From a virus (taxonomy: Duplodnaviria; Caudoviricetes), in IMG/VR virus record IMGVR_UViG_2974545452_000001, positions 4,622-68,621 of that record: a stretch of DNA of 64,000 nt; one strand, given 5' to 3'. Under the pieces are notes generated by a model, which worked only from the letters and a program-made list of their open reading frames with translations, was not told the DNA's origin and ran no database searches. The translations under genes were made by a program, and so were the position numbers. Of this stretch, positions 1 to 8,474 are shown piece after piece (within the stretch, counting starts at the first letter, position 1; each line of letters opens with the position of its first letter).

Positions 1-263
1 ACGCCGCCGATGCGATGCGGCTTCAGATAGCCGTTATCGGTGAATGCGCCGTAATCAGAACAAGTCTCCATGAAGTGCATGAACTGACTTTCTTCTCCAC
101 AAAGCTGGTGGGTGTGGATGACGTAGCAGATTCTCTCAATCGGCGCGCCCAGTGTAGATGCCAGCCAGTCTTTGAACGGGCGGCGGTCGTCGCCGATAAA
201 TTGATTATCGTCAATCGACAGAGTGTGACCCTTTAGACCGGCAGGAACTTTGAAAGTTGACAT
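1..263 (-). CDS. hypothetical protein, truncated by window edge
   Basis: Manually translated open frame MSTFKVPAGLKGHTL... from ATG at 263, which overlaps the upstream stop (TAATG); runs off position 1. Confidence 0.6.
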   Translation of the reverse strand, partial: MSTFKVPAGLKGHTLSIDDNQFIGDDRRPFKDWLASTLGAPIERICYVIHTHQLCGEESQFMHFMETCSDYGAFTDNGYLKPHRIGG

Positions 264-526
264 TATTGAATCTCCATAGCGCGGATGATTTGCTTGGACA
301 GCGCCTTGGCCGTCTTGAACGGGTTGATTACGATGCGTCCGTTGACTTTCAAATCCTTCATGAGGCGGTTAGACAGTATGTGAGACACCAGAGTTTCGAC
401 CTTATCGGCCTCGAAAATATCGTGGATGATCGACCAGCCATCTTGCTGATCAGGAACGTAAACTACTGCTCGGAAAGCTTCGCCGCCGTAGCGTTTCTCT
501 ATCTTGATAAATTCGACGTTGTGCAT
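263..526 (-). CDS. hypothetical protein (87 aa)
   Basis: ORF with GGAGA RBS in the minus-strand gene run. Confidence 0.7.
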   Translation of the reverse strand: MHNVEFIKIEKRYGGEAFRAVVYVPDQQDGWSIIHDIFEADKVETLVSHILSNRLMKDLKVNGRIVINPFKTAKALSKQIIRAMEIQ

Positions 527-602
527 TTTTCTTCTCCAACTGAGTTAAGGTCTGATAAAGAGTATATCTCCACCAGACCTGCGCGCCAACTACTTTAGTG
601 TA

Positions 603-884
603 CTATTGGACGATTTTCATTCGCCAACTTACTTCAGCTTCAACCGGGATGACCTCTGTTTGCGCCAGAACACGTCCATGCTCACCGTCGGCAATGGCCA
701 CCACGTTTGGCACTTCATAGCCCTCCTGCCAATTGTCCGCTACCACATTTGGAAAGTCTTCAATCGCCATGTAAATGGCTGGGTTGTTTTCTTTCAGGTC
801 AGTAGGGAAGATGAACGAGTCGCCTGGTTTAAGAGACATGAACATTACCGTGGCCGGATCAACCATTAACTGTTTTTGTTTCAT
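603..884 (-). CDS. hypothetical protein, paralog of 881-1138
   Basis: Start moved to ATG 884 (ATGA coupling); shares F-x2-L-x2-G-x2-F and VIPVE-x4-W motifs with its neighbour. Confidence 0.7.
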   Translation of the reverse strand: MKQKQLMVDPATVMFMSLKPGDSFIFPTDLKENNPAIYMAIEDFPNVVADNWQEGYEVPNVVAIADGEHGRVLAQTEVIPVEAEVSWRMKIVQ

Positions 885-1138
885 CTTATGCTCCATTCCA
901 TTTTGCATTCAACAGGAATAACTGTGGCTTTAGTATCAATGCAGCAGATTTGCATATCATTTAGGCAGATTGCATTGCCGTCGCTGATAGGCTCGCCGAC
1001 CGAATCAATTGAGTTGAGAACGGCGTACACGAATGTTTGATCAGAAACATCGTCGCCATCATAGATGAAAGTCTCTCCTGCACTCAAATCTTTGAATTTG
1101 AAAGATGCAGGAGAAAGCTCGTTGAATTTAATTTTCAC
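881..1138 (-). CDS. hypothetical protein, paralog of 603-884
   Basis: 85 aa ORF, translationally coupled on both sides. Confidence 0.75.
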   Translation of the reverse strand: MKIKFNELSPASFKFKDLSAGETFIYDGDDVSDQTFVYAVLNSIDSVGEPISDGNAICLNDMQICCIDTKATVIPVECKMEWSIR

Positions 1139-1512
1139 AGATGAACCTCTTTTCTCAAGAATTTCTTCCCGGCCTCTGTCCAGTCGAACTCCTCAACCGT
1201 CAGAGAGTATTGATCAGTTGATTCGATGGTGCCGAACTCCTTGTTCAGCCGCCAACAGAACCACTTGCTGATGTTACCGCCGCCGTTCATCACCATGCCA
1301 TAGCGGTAGTCCACTGGACAATCCTTGTATGCGCCGGACAAGTACAGCGTGTTGCCATACGGCATGTGAATCTTGGCGTAAGTGCTGAAACCTTCGATGA
1401 CTGGATCAGCCGCGACCTTTGGAACGTCAGCGGCGAATGCCTTGTTGTACATCGCGTATTGAATGGCGGCGTAAATCCAAAGCACGATTACAACCATCAG
1501 CACGCGCTTCAT
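1135..1512 (-). CDS. exported/membrane-anchored hypothetical protein
   Basis: Hydrophobic N-terminus followed by AFA|AD signal-peptidase-like site. Confidence 0.7.
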   Translation of the reverse strand: MKRVLMVVIVLWIYAAIQYAMYNKAFAADVPKVAADPVIEGFSTYAKIHMPYGNTLYLSGAYKDCPVDYRYGMVMNGGGNISKWFCWRLNKEFGTIESTDQYSLTVEEFDWTEAGKKFLRKEVHL

Positions 1513-1808
1513 GAGTAAAATTCCTTTTCCGTCATATAGCCCAGGTATGACATGCCCAGAATTACGATTTTTGGGCTTAGCGCGTTTGTTTCCACAACGA
1601 CTTCGCGCTTGATGACGTTGATTATGTCGGTGACGTCGCTGGATTTCAGGTCGTCACCGTCGATGCCTGGATTTGTCTGCATGAAGATTTGCCCGCAGCC
1701 GTCTGAGCCGTCTGATGAATACCAACGATAGGAAGCCAAGCGGAAATTGCAAGGCAGCGGTGGTGGAAGCTTGGTGTCAGCTGCCGTTTTATTCTTAAAA
1801 GGCCACAT
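1509..1808 (-). CDS. hypothetical protein (MWPF N-terminus)
   Basis: 99 aa ORF with AAGGA RBS, coupled to the next gene. Confidence 0.7.
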   Translation of the reverse strand: MWPFKNKTAADTKLPPPLPCNFRLASYRWYSSDGSDGCGQIFMQTNPGIDGDDLKSSDVTDIINVIKREVVVETNALSPKIVILGMSYLGYMTEKEFYS

Positions 1809-1827
1809 ATTTCTGTTCCTTTAGTGG

Positions 1828-1855
1828 CCCGGTTGCCGTCTGTTTGGCAACCGGG
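1828..1855 (-). terminator. hairpin, putative terminator
   Basis: CCCGGTTGCC-8nt-GGCAACCGGG just after the stop of 1862-2896; weak U-tract. Confidence 0.5.
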
Positions 1856-1861
1856 TGGTGT

Positions 1862-2896
1862 TTACTGAAGGTTGAAGAGATATTGGATGCCATTGTGCTC
1901 GAAAATAGCCGTTTTCGCTTCTTTCAGCTTGAGGCGGAAGCGAATGTGCTTCGAGTCTGGCAGGGAATACTCAGCAAACGCCGCGCGGACTGATTTGTGC
2001 TCAGTCGTTTTGCCGTTTACGCTGACGGTAACGCCGTTGCGAGTCAGTCGCGCGGCCTTCACGCTGCTATCGCCCCAGCTCGCTGCGATGCTGGCGCTGT
2101 TCGATTTGAAGTTTGAGGCGCGCCCTGTCGGTTCTGAGTTGTCCGGTTCGGTGCCGGCCAGCTGAGCGCGCATCTTTTCTTCCCATTCTTCCTCTGAAAG
2201 GTCGTTTTCTTCTGGATCAGGCTCTTGAGCCTTTGCCTTTTCCACCTTAGTGGCGCGTGTCTTTCGCGTTTTGTGCACCGGCGCGCCCTTTTCCTTGGCT
2301 TTCACCACAGCGTCGTCCTTTTTGGCTGCTTCGCTATCGCCGCCGAGCGCCAATTGGGCGGCGAGCAACGCTAAAACCTTCTTCACCGCCGTTTTTTGGT
2401 CGGCAAACTTCTTGATCATCTTGTCTGCCGGTACGTTGGCGTTGTAATACGCCAAAAGGTCTTTCATATCGGCGGCTTCAACCAGGTCGCGGCTGGCGAA
2501 ACCGGCTTCGTCACAGAACGGCAGCCGTTTGCACTCGGCTTTTTGGTTATTCGTCGGCTTATCTTTGAAATATTCGGCGATTTCTTCCAAAGCGACAGTC
2601 AAACTGACGGCGTTTGGACAGAGCGTCTTGGAAAACAGCGCAAAGCCTTCGTCAGTCAGCTGCACGCCGCTGTCCATGCCGGTTTCCTCCACGACATCGA
2701 TGAGACCCTTCTTAGAAAGTGTCGAAATGACGCCTTTCACCTGCGCCCCGGTCTTATCAACGGCGTCGCCCAGCTCGTCAACCCACAGATAGGTCTGTGT
2801 CTCGCTGACGTCTTTTGGACGCTTGCCGTTTGCAGCTGTCATCTCGCTAAAGCAGATGGCCGCAAGGATTTGCGATTCAAACAAAGTAACATTCAT
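1862..2896 (-). CDS. early protein with N-terminal winged-helix-like domain and charged linker
   Basis: GAQVKGVISTLSKKGLIDV...VQLTDEG resembles a wHTH recognition helix and wing; Lys/Glu-rich middle. Confidence 0.6.
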   Translation of the reverse strand: MNVTLFESQILAAICFSEMTAANGKRPKDVSETQTYLWVDELGDAVDKTGAQVKGVISTLSKKGLIDVVEETGMDSGVQLTDEGFALFSKTLCPNAVSLTVALEEIAEYFKDKPTNNQKAECKRLPFCDEAGFASRDLVEAADMKDLLAYYNANVPADKMIKKFADQKTAVKKVLALLAAQLALGGDSEAAKKDDAVVKAKEKGAPVHKTRKTRATKVEKAKAQEPDPEENDLSEEEWEEKMRAQLAGTEPDNSEPTGRASNFKSNSASIAASWGDSSVKAARLTRNGVTVSVNGKTTEHKSVRAAFAEYSLPDSKHIRFRLKLKEAKTAIFEHNGIQYLFNLQ

Positions 2897-2944
2897 TTTG
2901 ACTCTCCAGATTTCGGCGACCCACTCGCCGTTTCGATAGTTTCA

Positions 2945-2972
2945 ATTATAGTGGACGTCCACTATAAGGCAA
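2945..2972 (-). promoter_or_regulatory. sigma70-like promoter containing a perfect 22-bp palindrome
   Basis: TTGCCT-16-TATAAT; TTATAGTGGACGTCCACTATAA at 2946-2967. Confidence 0.7.
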
Positions 2973-2976
2973 CCGT

Positions 2977-3258
2977 TTAGTGTACTTTATTGTGTACTTG
3001 TTCGTCCATCTTCTTATAGCAATCCTCCCAGTACGCTCTGAAGTGCTTTTGGAGGTCGATGGCACACGCAGGGGTTATTTCGACCTGCACGGCGAATTTG
3101 ACTGCGGTGATGACGCTGGACGGCATGCCGTTGCGGTTCCTGTGGGTGTAATTGTCCCTTGGGTCAAAGAGCCTGGCGACGTCATACCGCTGGGCCTTTG
3201 TCAGGGACTTGAGCAGGCCGCGTGCTGTGCGACGTATCACCTTTTTAGATTCTGCCAT
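2977..3258 (-). CDS. hypothetical protein
   Basis: ORF 2977-3306; ATG at 3258 preferred as start. Confidence 0.65.
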   Translation of the reverse strand: MAESKKVIRRTARGLLKSLTKAQRYDVARLFDPRDNYTHRNRNGMPSSVITAVKFAVQVEITPACAIDLQKHFRAYWEDCYKKMDEQVHNKVH

Positions 3259-3526
3259 TTTGTTTGTCCGCCTGTTTTGTGAATTCGCGGATTTGTTCTG
3301 GATCAATCGCGCTCAAATCACAGTTTATTTCGGTTTTGAAGTTCGGTGACGGGCCGCAGTCGTCGAATGTCTCGAAACCCTCTTCAACGCGTTCACGAAG
3401 TCGAACCGCCTCAGCGCGAAGCTTTCGCATGTCGGCCTTGATGGAGGTGATAACCATGATGATTAACATGATCATCAGAAGTGCAGCGGCGACACATACA
3501 ATCAGAAAGTTTAATAAGATTTCCAT
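3245..3526 (-). CDS. membrane-anchored hypothetical protein
   Basis: ATG 3526 with AGAGGA RBS; long hydrophobic N-terminal helix then a coiled coil. Confidence 0.7.
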   Translation of the reverse strand: MEILLNFLIVCVAAALLMIMLIIMVITSIKADMRKLRAEAVRLRERVEEGFETFDDCGPSPNFKTEINCDLSAIDPEQIREFTKQADKQNGRI

Positions 3527-3557
3527 TGGTAAATCCTCTATTTGAATAGGCTTATAT

Positions 3558-3586
3558 ATTATCGTCCACCCATCCATTTTAGGCAA
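3558..3586 (-). promoter_or_regulatory. sigma70-like promoter
   Basis: TTGCCT-17-GATAAT upstream of ATG 3526. Confidence 0.6.
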
Positions 3587-3611
3587 TCGCTTAGTGGATA
3601 TAATACACGAC

Positions 3612-3641
3612 TTTACCACTGGAGCGCATAACGGCTATAAT
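3612..3641 (+). promoter_or_regulatory. putative promoter for terminase
   Basis: TTTACC-18-TATAAT. Confidence 0.5.
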
Positions 3642-3673
3642 CGTGTTAATTGAAACACTTCATGGGCCGTGCT

Positions 3674-5056
3674 ATGTACAAATTAAATCCTGCACTCAGG
3701 GACTTCTGGATGACGCCAGCGCGTAATAAGGTGTTGCCAGGAGGCCGAGCCAGTTCCAAATCGCACGATGCCGCCGGGATGGCGGTTTTTCTTGCTGCAA
3801 ACTACACATTGAAGTTTTTATGCGCTCGTCAGTTCCAAAACCGAATCAGTGAGTCGGTTTATACTCTGATCAAAGACAAGATTGAAAACTCAGAATATAA
3901 AAACGATTTTCATATGACGAACAAGTCCATCTACCATAAGAGAACAGGCTCTGAGTTCTTGTTCTATGGTATCGCGCGAAACCTGTCAGAAATCAAATCG
4001 ACTGAAGGTGTTGATGTTCTGTGGCTTGAAGAGGCCCACTATCTGACTGAAGAGCAATGGGACACGATTGAGCCGACAATTCGTAAAGAGCACTCTCAAA
4101 TCTGGGTGATCTTCAACCCGGATGAGGAAATGGACTTTGCATATCGACACTTCGTGCGCAACCCTCCACCGGATACGATAGTGCGCCATATCAACTGGAA
4201 TGAAAACCCATTCCTTTCTGAAACGATGTTGAAGATCATCAAGGCCATGTATGAGACTGACCCGCAAAAGGCAGAGCACATATATGGCGGCGTGCCTAAG
4301 ACGGGTAACGATAAATCGGTCATTTCCATGCTGTATGTTAAGGCCGCGCTCAACGCCCACAAACACCCAACGCGCGGCTGGGAGCCGACCGGTACAAAAC
4401 GCATCGGCTTTGACGTAGCGGATGATGGTGACGACGTAAACGCCATGTGTAAGATGCACGGCAACGTCGTACTGGGCATCACCGAGTGGGAAGGGCTGGA
4501 AGATGAATTGCTCAAGTCGTCCACCAAGGTTTATAACGAAGCGTTGACGTTTGGGGCGACGATCACCTATGACTCCATAGGTGTTGGTGCACACGTGGGC
4601 TCGAAACTGAAAGAGTTGAACGAGGCGCGCAACTACAACCTGAAATATGATCCATTCAACGCCGGCGGCAAGGTGGACAACCCGGACAAGGTTTACATGG
4701 AGTTGCCGCATACCAAAATCCTGAACAAAGATCACTTCAGTAACATCAAGGCGCAGAAGTGGGATGAAGTTGCCACGCGGTTCCGTAAAACTTATGAGTA
4801 CGTCACCCAGGGTATCGATCACCCGATTGATGAGTTGATCTCAATAGACACCAGCAGCTTCACGGAAAAGGAATTGGACAAGTTCATGATGGAACTATCC
4901 GCGCCAAGGAAAGATGTGGATATGACCGGCAAGTTCAAAGTTGAAGCCAAGAAGGACATGCTGAAGCGTGGGATTAAATCTCCAAACGGCGCTGACGCAT
5001 TGATCATGGCGGCAATCCAGCCTAAACGCCGCGCTGCTGGCTTCTTTGACCTATAA
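3674..5056 (+). CDS. terL: terminase large subunit (PBSX-type ATPase/nuclease)
   Basis: GGRASSKS Walker A, CARQFQN, WLEEA Walker B, IFNP, GFDVADDG nuclease motif, SPNGADAL; start set downstream of the promoter. Confidence 0.95.
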   Translation: MYKLNPALRDFWMTPARNKVLPGGRASSKSHDAAGMAVFLAANYTLKFLCARQFQNRISESVYTLIKDKIENSEYKNDFHMTNKSIYHKRTGSEFLFYGIARNLSEIKSTEGVDVLWLEEAHYLTEEQWDTIEPTIRKEHSQIWVIFNPDEEMDFAYRHFVRNPPPDTIVRHINWNENPFLSETMLKIIKAMYETDPQKAEHIYGGVPKTGNDKSVISMLYVKAALNAHKHPTRGWEPTGTKRIGFDVADDGDDVNAMCKMHGNVVLGITEWEGLEDELLKSSTKVYNEALTFGATITYDSIGVGAHVGSKLKELNEARNYNLKYDPFNAGGKVDNPDKVYMELPHTKILNKDHFSNIKAQKWDEVATRFRKTYEYVTQGIDHPIDELISIDTSSFTEKELDKFMMELSAPRKDVDMTGKFKVEAKKDMLKRGIKSPNGADALIMAAIQPKRRAAGFFDL

Positions 5057-5061
5057 ACGAG

Positions 5062-5088
5062 AAAGCCCGGTGAAAACCGGGCCTTTTT
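5062..5088. terminator. bidirectional rho-independent terminator
   Basis: GCCCGGT-GAAA-ACCGGGC flanked by A and T runs between convergent genes. Confidence 0.85.
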
Positions 5089-5105
5089 GAGTACCGCATT
5101 AAACG

Positions 5106-5291
5106 TTACATTTTGAACTCCATAAGCATACGCTTGCCGTTTGCTCCAATCGTCCATTCGCCCAAAATCTCAACTTTGATACCGGCTTTCTGGAAGCGCT
5201 TAACGACTTCCAAATCGACAGTCCAATGGCCGTCTAGAAGAACAGCTGAAGTTGGGCGGACAGATGACTTAAAAGCAACCAGACGTTTCAT
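5106..5291 (-). CDS. hypothetical protein (61 aa)
   Basis: ORF with AGGA RBS. Confidence 0.6.
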   Translation of the reverse strand: MKRLVAFKSSVRPTSAVLLDGHWTVDLEVVKRFQKAGIKVEILGEWTIGANGKRMLMEFKM

Positions 5292-5348
5292 GAAAAATCC
5301 TATTAAAGGTTAGGTGGAATTAAATAATAACTCCACCAGACCTGGAAG

Positions 5349-5714
5349 TCAACCGGAAATTCGATTTCTGATCAATTCAAGGATGATTTTTACATCACCC
5401 AATGCGTGGCAGGTTTCGCGCGTGACTTCGTCCAGGTCATAAATGATGCCGGACTTGTCCTGTTCACAGGTGTCGCTGCCATAATATGGCACGCGTTGCG
5501 AATCAAGAGACTGCAAGATGTCGTTTGCCATGTTTCGAACTTGATCCAACATTTCCTTGTTGGCCAGTTGATTGCAGTGGATTGTCGTGAGGTCGATTCG
5601 ACGCTCAATAACATCGGATGGTTCATCCGAGTACGCAATTGGAGCGCGTTGAATTGCAGTAGTGCAAACATCAGCAGCGCGACCGGTTGGAGCGGTTTTC
5701 TTTGGAGTTGCCAT
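5349..5714 (-). CDS. hypothetical coiled-coil protein
   Basis: 121 aa ORF with GAGG RBS. Confidence 0.7.
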   Translation of the reverse strand: MATPKKTAPTGRAADVCTTAIQRAPIAYSDEPSDVIERRIDLTTIHCNQLANKEMLDQVRNMANDILQSLDSQRVPYYGSDTCEQDKSGIIYDLDEVTRETCHALGDVKIILELIRNRISG

Positions 5715-5726
5715 TTCAAATTCCTC

Positions 5727-6473
5727 TTATTGATTGATGTGACGTTGAATTTCTACTTTGTTACCGTCGCGACGCCCTTGGTGGTAGGCGTTGGACGATT
5801 CGCCGTCCATGCGCTTGGTTGCTGACGGCGCTTTCTCTTTATAGGACACTTCACCGAAGTATTCCGCCACAGCCGCGCCCTTAACGACTACCAACCCGGT
5901 GCCGTTCGATGTTTTTAAGGCGTCGCGCTCACGCTGCAACTCGTTGAAGCGGTCGCAAAGAGTCATAACAGCGCCTAATTTGAAGCGCGTGCCGATTTTT
6001 ACCGGGTATTTGCCATCGTATCCTTCGCGCGCTAAGAACATGGTGCAGAGGTTGTTGATGGCACCCAGAAGTCTGGCATACATATCAACGGCGATGTTGA
6101 CGTCATCTGCCATGCCACGGAATTCGATTGCTTTGCCAAACTTCTTGGCATCGCCTTCTTTCTTCTTAAAGTTGACAAAGCCGTAATCGTACTGGGCTTG
6201 GACATCGTTGAACTTGGCAACTGCGGTTGCGAGGAATGCCATGTACTCTGGCATGGCCGCGAAGTGGCGCGTGGCGACAACTTTGGTGAATTGGATTGTG
6301 TTGCCGCCGACGTCAAGCGCGTCCAGCTGGGTGAGTTGGAACTTGTCCATCATGGCGCGGGCTTTGGCCATTGCGTTTGCAGCTTCGTGCTCGTTTGAAG
6401 CGCGCTCTGCAAGATTCAGCAGCTTAGCGATTTTGGCTTTGATGCGTTCCAGGTCGGCGTTTTCACGTTCCAT
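5727..6473 (-). CDS. DUF2786-domain protein
   Basis: IKAKIAKLLNLAERASNEHEAANAMAKARAMMDKF is the typical DUF2786 pattern. Confidence 0.8.
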   Translation of the reverse strand: MERENADLERIKAKIAKLLNLAERASNEHEAANAMAKARAMMDKFQLTQLDALDVGGNTIQFTKVVATRHFAAMPEYMAFLATAVAKFNDVQAQYDYGFVNFKKKEGDAKKFGKAIEFRGMADDVNIAVDMYARLLGAINNLCTMFLAREGYDGKYPVKIGTRFKLGAVMTLCDRFNELQRERDALKTSNGTGLVVVKGAAVAEYFGEVSYKEKAPSATKRMDGESSNAYHQGRRDGNKVEIQRHINQ

Positions 6474-6509
6474 TTTAATTCCTCAAATAGGTTGGGTTAA
6501 CTGATAGAA

Positions 6510-6538
6510 ATTATAAGCCGCCCATGCAGGCGCGGCAA
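6510..6538 (-). promoter_or_regulatory. sigma70-like promoter with hairpin in spacer
   Basis: TTGCCG-17-TATAAT; GCCGCC...GGCG(C)GGC inverted repeat. Confidence 0.7.
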
Positions 6539-6552
6539 TATATTTGGAATAA

Positions 6553-7344
6553 TTAGTACACTGCAGGGCGATTGACGATAGTTTGCTTCACGCCGTCGCG
6601 CTCGTTGTGTTCTTTCACGGTGGCTTTCATTTTGATAGCGTCGCCTTTCTCGCCAAGGAACTTACCGAAATAGATCACGACATTGTCGCCTACCAAAATT
6701 TTGGTGATATAATTCTCAACGTAGGTATTCCAGGCGACTTGTTTGGCACCGAGGTCGATTGACGCTTCAATAACGCCTTCAAAGTCCATGCGCTTCTTAA
6801 CTTCGCCCATGTATTGGGATGCAGCTTTGGCGGCTTCAATCGCTGCGTCACGCTCTGCACGATCAATCTTGCGTTGTTCGATGTAGCCTTTCTCCAGAGC
6901 GACGCCAAGGCAGCGACCGCAGACGGCTTGGAATACGGCATTACTCATCGCGCCATCATCGTTGGCCTGATCGGCCCACCAAAGGATGGTATACATAGGA
7001 AGGTCGGCGATTACTTTGCCTTTGTGCTTTCCGAATGGCATGATGCCATTATCAACTTGTTCCATGTACTCGGTATCGCGAACGGACAAGCCGCCACGAC
7101 GCTCATACAGTTGGAAATCGGCATAGCCTTGATAGATAAATTTAATGGATGAACTTTGACCGACACGTGCAACGAAAGCTTCAAAATACGCTTCTGCTTT
7201 CTCTTCTGCGCGTTCTGGATCGTTAGCCAGATTACAGATGTAATTGTCCACTTCAAACGAGTTTCCGCCACGAACGACAGTGCGAAGGGTATACATTGCG
7301 TTTTTCGCGCCAGAAGAGATGTAGAAAATTTTTGACTGTTGCAT
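6553..7344 (-). CDS. DUF3820-like (MPFGKHKG) plus C-terminal OB-fold-like protein
   Basis: MPFGKHKGKVIADLP motif; beta-rich C-terminus ending KATVKEHNERDGVKQTIVNRP. Confidence 0.65.
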   Translation of the reverse strand: MQQSKIFYISSGAKNAMYTLRTVVRGGNSFEVDNYICNLANDPERAEEKAEAYFEAFVARVGQSSSIKFIYQGYADFQLYERRGGLSVRDTEYMEQVDNGIMPFGKHKGKVIADLPMYTILWWADQANDDGAMSNAVFQAVCGRCLGVALEKGYIEQRKIDRAERDAAIEAAKAASQYMGEVKKRMDFEGVIEASIDLGAKQVAWNTYVENYITKILVGDNVVIYFGKFLGEKGDAIKMKATVKEHNERDGVKQTIVNRPAVY

Positions 7345-7376
7345 CTTTAAATCCTCGATCAGGTTGGTATGAGTAA

Positions 7377-7405
7377 ATATTAACTCATCTTTGATGATGC
7401 GTCAA
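7377..7405 (-). promoter_or_regulatory. sigma70-like promoter with short palindrome
   Basis: TTGACG-17-TAATAT; TCATC-TTT-GATGA in spacer. Confidence 0.7.
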
Positions 7406-7428
7406 GCGGTATATCCAAAAAACTTTCA

Positions 7429-7800
7429 TTATTTTTGCAATATCTGGCAAGCGTATTGGTCGCGGCGATACAACCCGTTGACAACGGTGTTTATGCCGAC
7501 CTCTTTCCAGCCGTAAGATTTGATGATTGGGAAAAGGTCAACGATGACATCACCGTTGTCGTCAAGGACGAGGAAGCGCCCCTTGCGGGATTTGTTGAGC
7601 CAATTCCAGCCGCTCGAACCTGCCGCCAATGGAGCGTTTCGAGTCGGGCGCGCCAGGCCAAGCCGCATGAGACGGCCGAGAACTTCATGTTCAGACGCGC
7701 CGGTGACGCTAATGAGCTTTTCCAGAGTCACGCCTGGGAAGAGGTTGGAAACCAGCGCGATGTATTGATCGGCAGTCCAGTGATCGTTTTTGATATGCAT
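7429..7800 (-). CDS. hypothetical protein, HTH/Myb-like N-terminus
   Basis: WT..Q...L...ASEHEVLGRLMRLGL; same pattern as 55719-56165. Confidence 0.6.
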   Translation of the reverse strand: MHIKNDHWTADQYIALVSNLFPGVTLEKLISVTGASEHEVLGRLMRLGLARPTRNAPLAAGSSGWNWLNKSRKGRFLVLDDNGDVIVDLFPIIKSYGWKEVGINTVVNGLYRRDQYACQILQK

Positions 7801-8096
7801 TAGAAACCATCCTTAATTAACATTGTAAGTTTGAAGTTGATGAATTCAACCAGGTCGGCGCTGCTTGGGAACTCACGCGTTGCTCGCTCTTCACGGTCAA
7901 TCTCTCCAGACTCAAAATTGGTTAGATATTCCAGCTCAAAAGCCTTTCGCGCGGCTATCTTACGAGTGATGAACATCGCGAAATCCATAGGCTTGCTATT
8001 GTAGAAGTACAAGCGTGTGAATCCCTCGCCTGAGTATTGCACGACCTGCAGGTGATCTGGCTGTTCTTTGAATGGGATGAGTTCGTTAGCGTTCAT
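7800..8096 (-). CDS. hypothetical protein (98 aa)
   Basis: ORF coupled to the next gene by a TAATG overlap. Confidence 0.7.
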   Translation of the reverse strand: MNANELIPFKEQPDHLQVVQYSGEGFTRLYFYNSKPMDFAMFITRKIAARKAFELEYLTNFESGEIDREERATREFPSSADLVEFINFKLTMLIKDGF

Positions 8097-8119
8097 AATC
8101 CACCTAGTGGTTAGTTTGT

Positions 8120-8308
8120 TTAGTTCCGTACTTCGCCGCAGCCCAGGTCGCCTACTGGATGGAAGTATTCGTTATAGTAACGAACTTGCTGCAGGCACTC
8201 AGTCTCAGAGGCATAGATGGTGTTGTCATCTTGCTTGTAGACTTCTGCATGGCAGAGTTGACCGTTTGAAGTGCAAAGCACCAACATAATCACGTATCCT
8301 ACTATCAT
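8120..8308 (-). CDS. small exported Cys-containing protein
   Basis: GGAGG RBS before ATG 8308; hydrophobic N-terminus and four Cys. Confidence 0.65.
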   Translation of the reverse strand: MIVGYVIMLVLCTSNGQLCHAEVYKQDDNTIYASETECLQQVRYYNEYFHPVGDLGCGEVRN

Positions 8309-8405
8309 AAAACCTCCAATCAATTTATATATCAATTATAACTCAGAAAACCAAGCCGTAAAGCGTTATACACCAAAAGTCTGAACTGCTACACTGAACG
8401 CTGTG

Positions 8406-8434
8406 TTGTTCAAATGCCATCGCGCGGGTATAAT
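8406..8434 (+). promoter_or_regulatory. promoter for head operon
   Basis: TTGTTC-17-TATAAT; implies the portal start is ATG 8475. Confidence 0.65.
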
Positions 8435-8474
8435 AGGCAATTATGTCCACAGAAACCCAACGGCGACGCACTTT

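Noticed and set aside
3986-4822. Long antisense ORFs, also 14606-15367, 21305-22003, 36528-37100, 38894-39754 and 51312-51959
   Set aside because: They shadow well-supported genes on the opposite strand, lack RBSs and motifs, and are expected from codon bias
8403-8474. Upstream-extended starts in the ORF track (also 3650, 12393, 16684, 42436, 46831, 54275, 57107)
   Set aside because: They overlap promoters or neighbouring genes; downstream starts have better RBS or coupling
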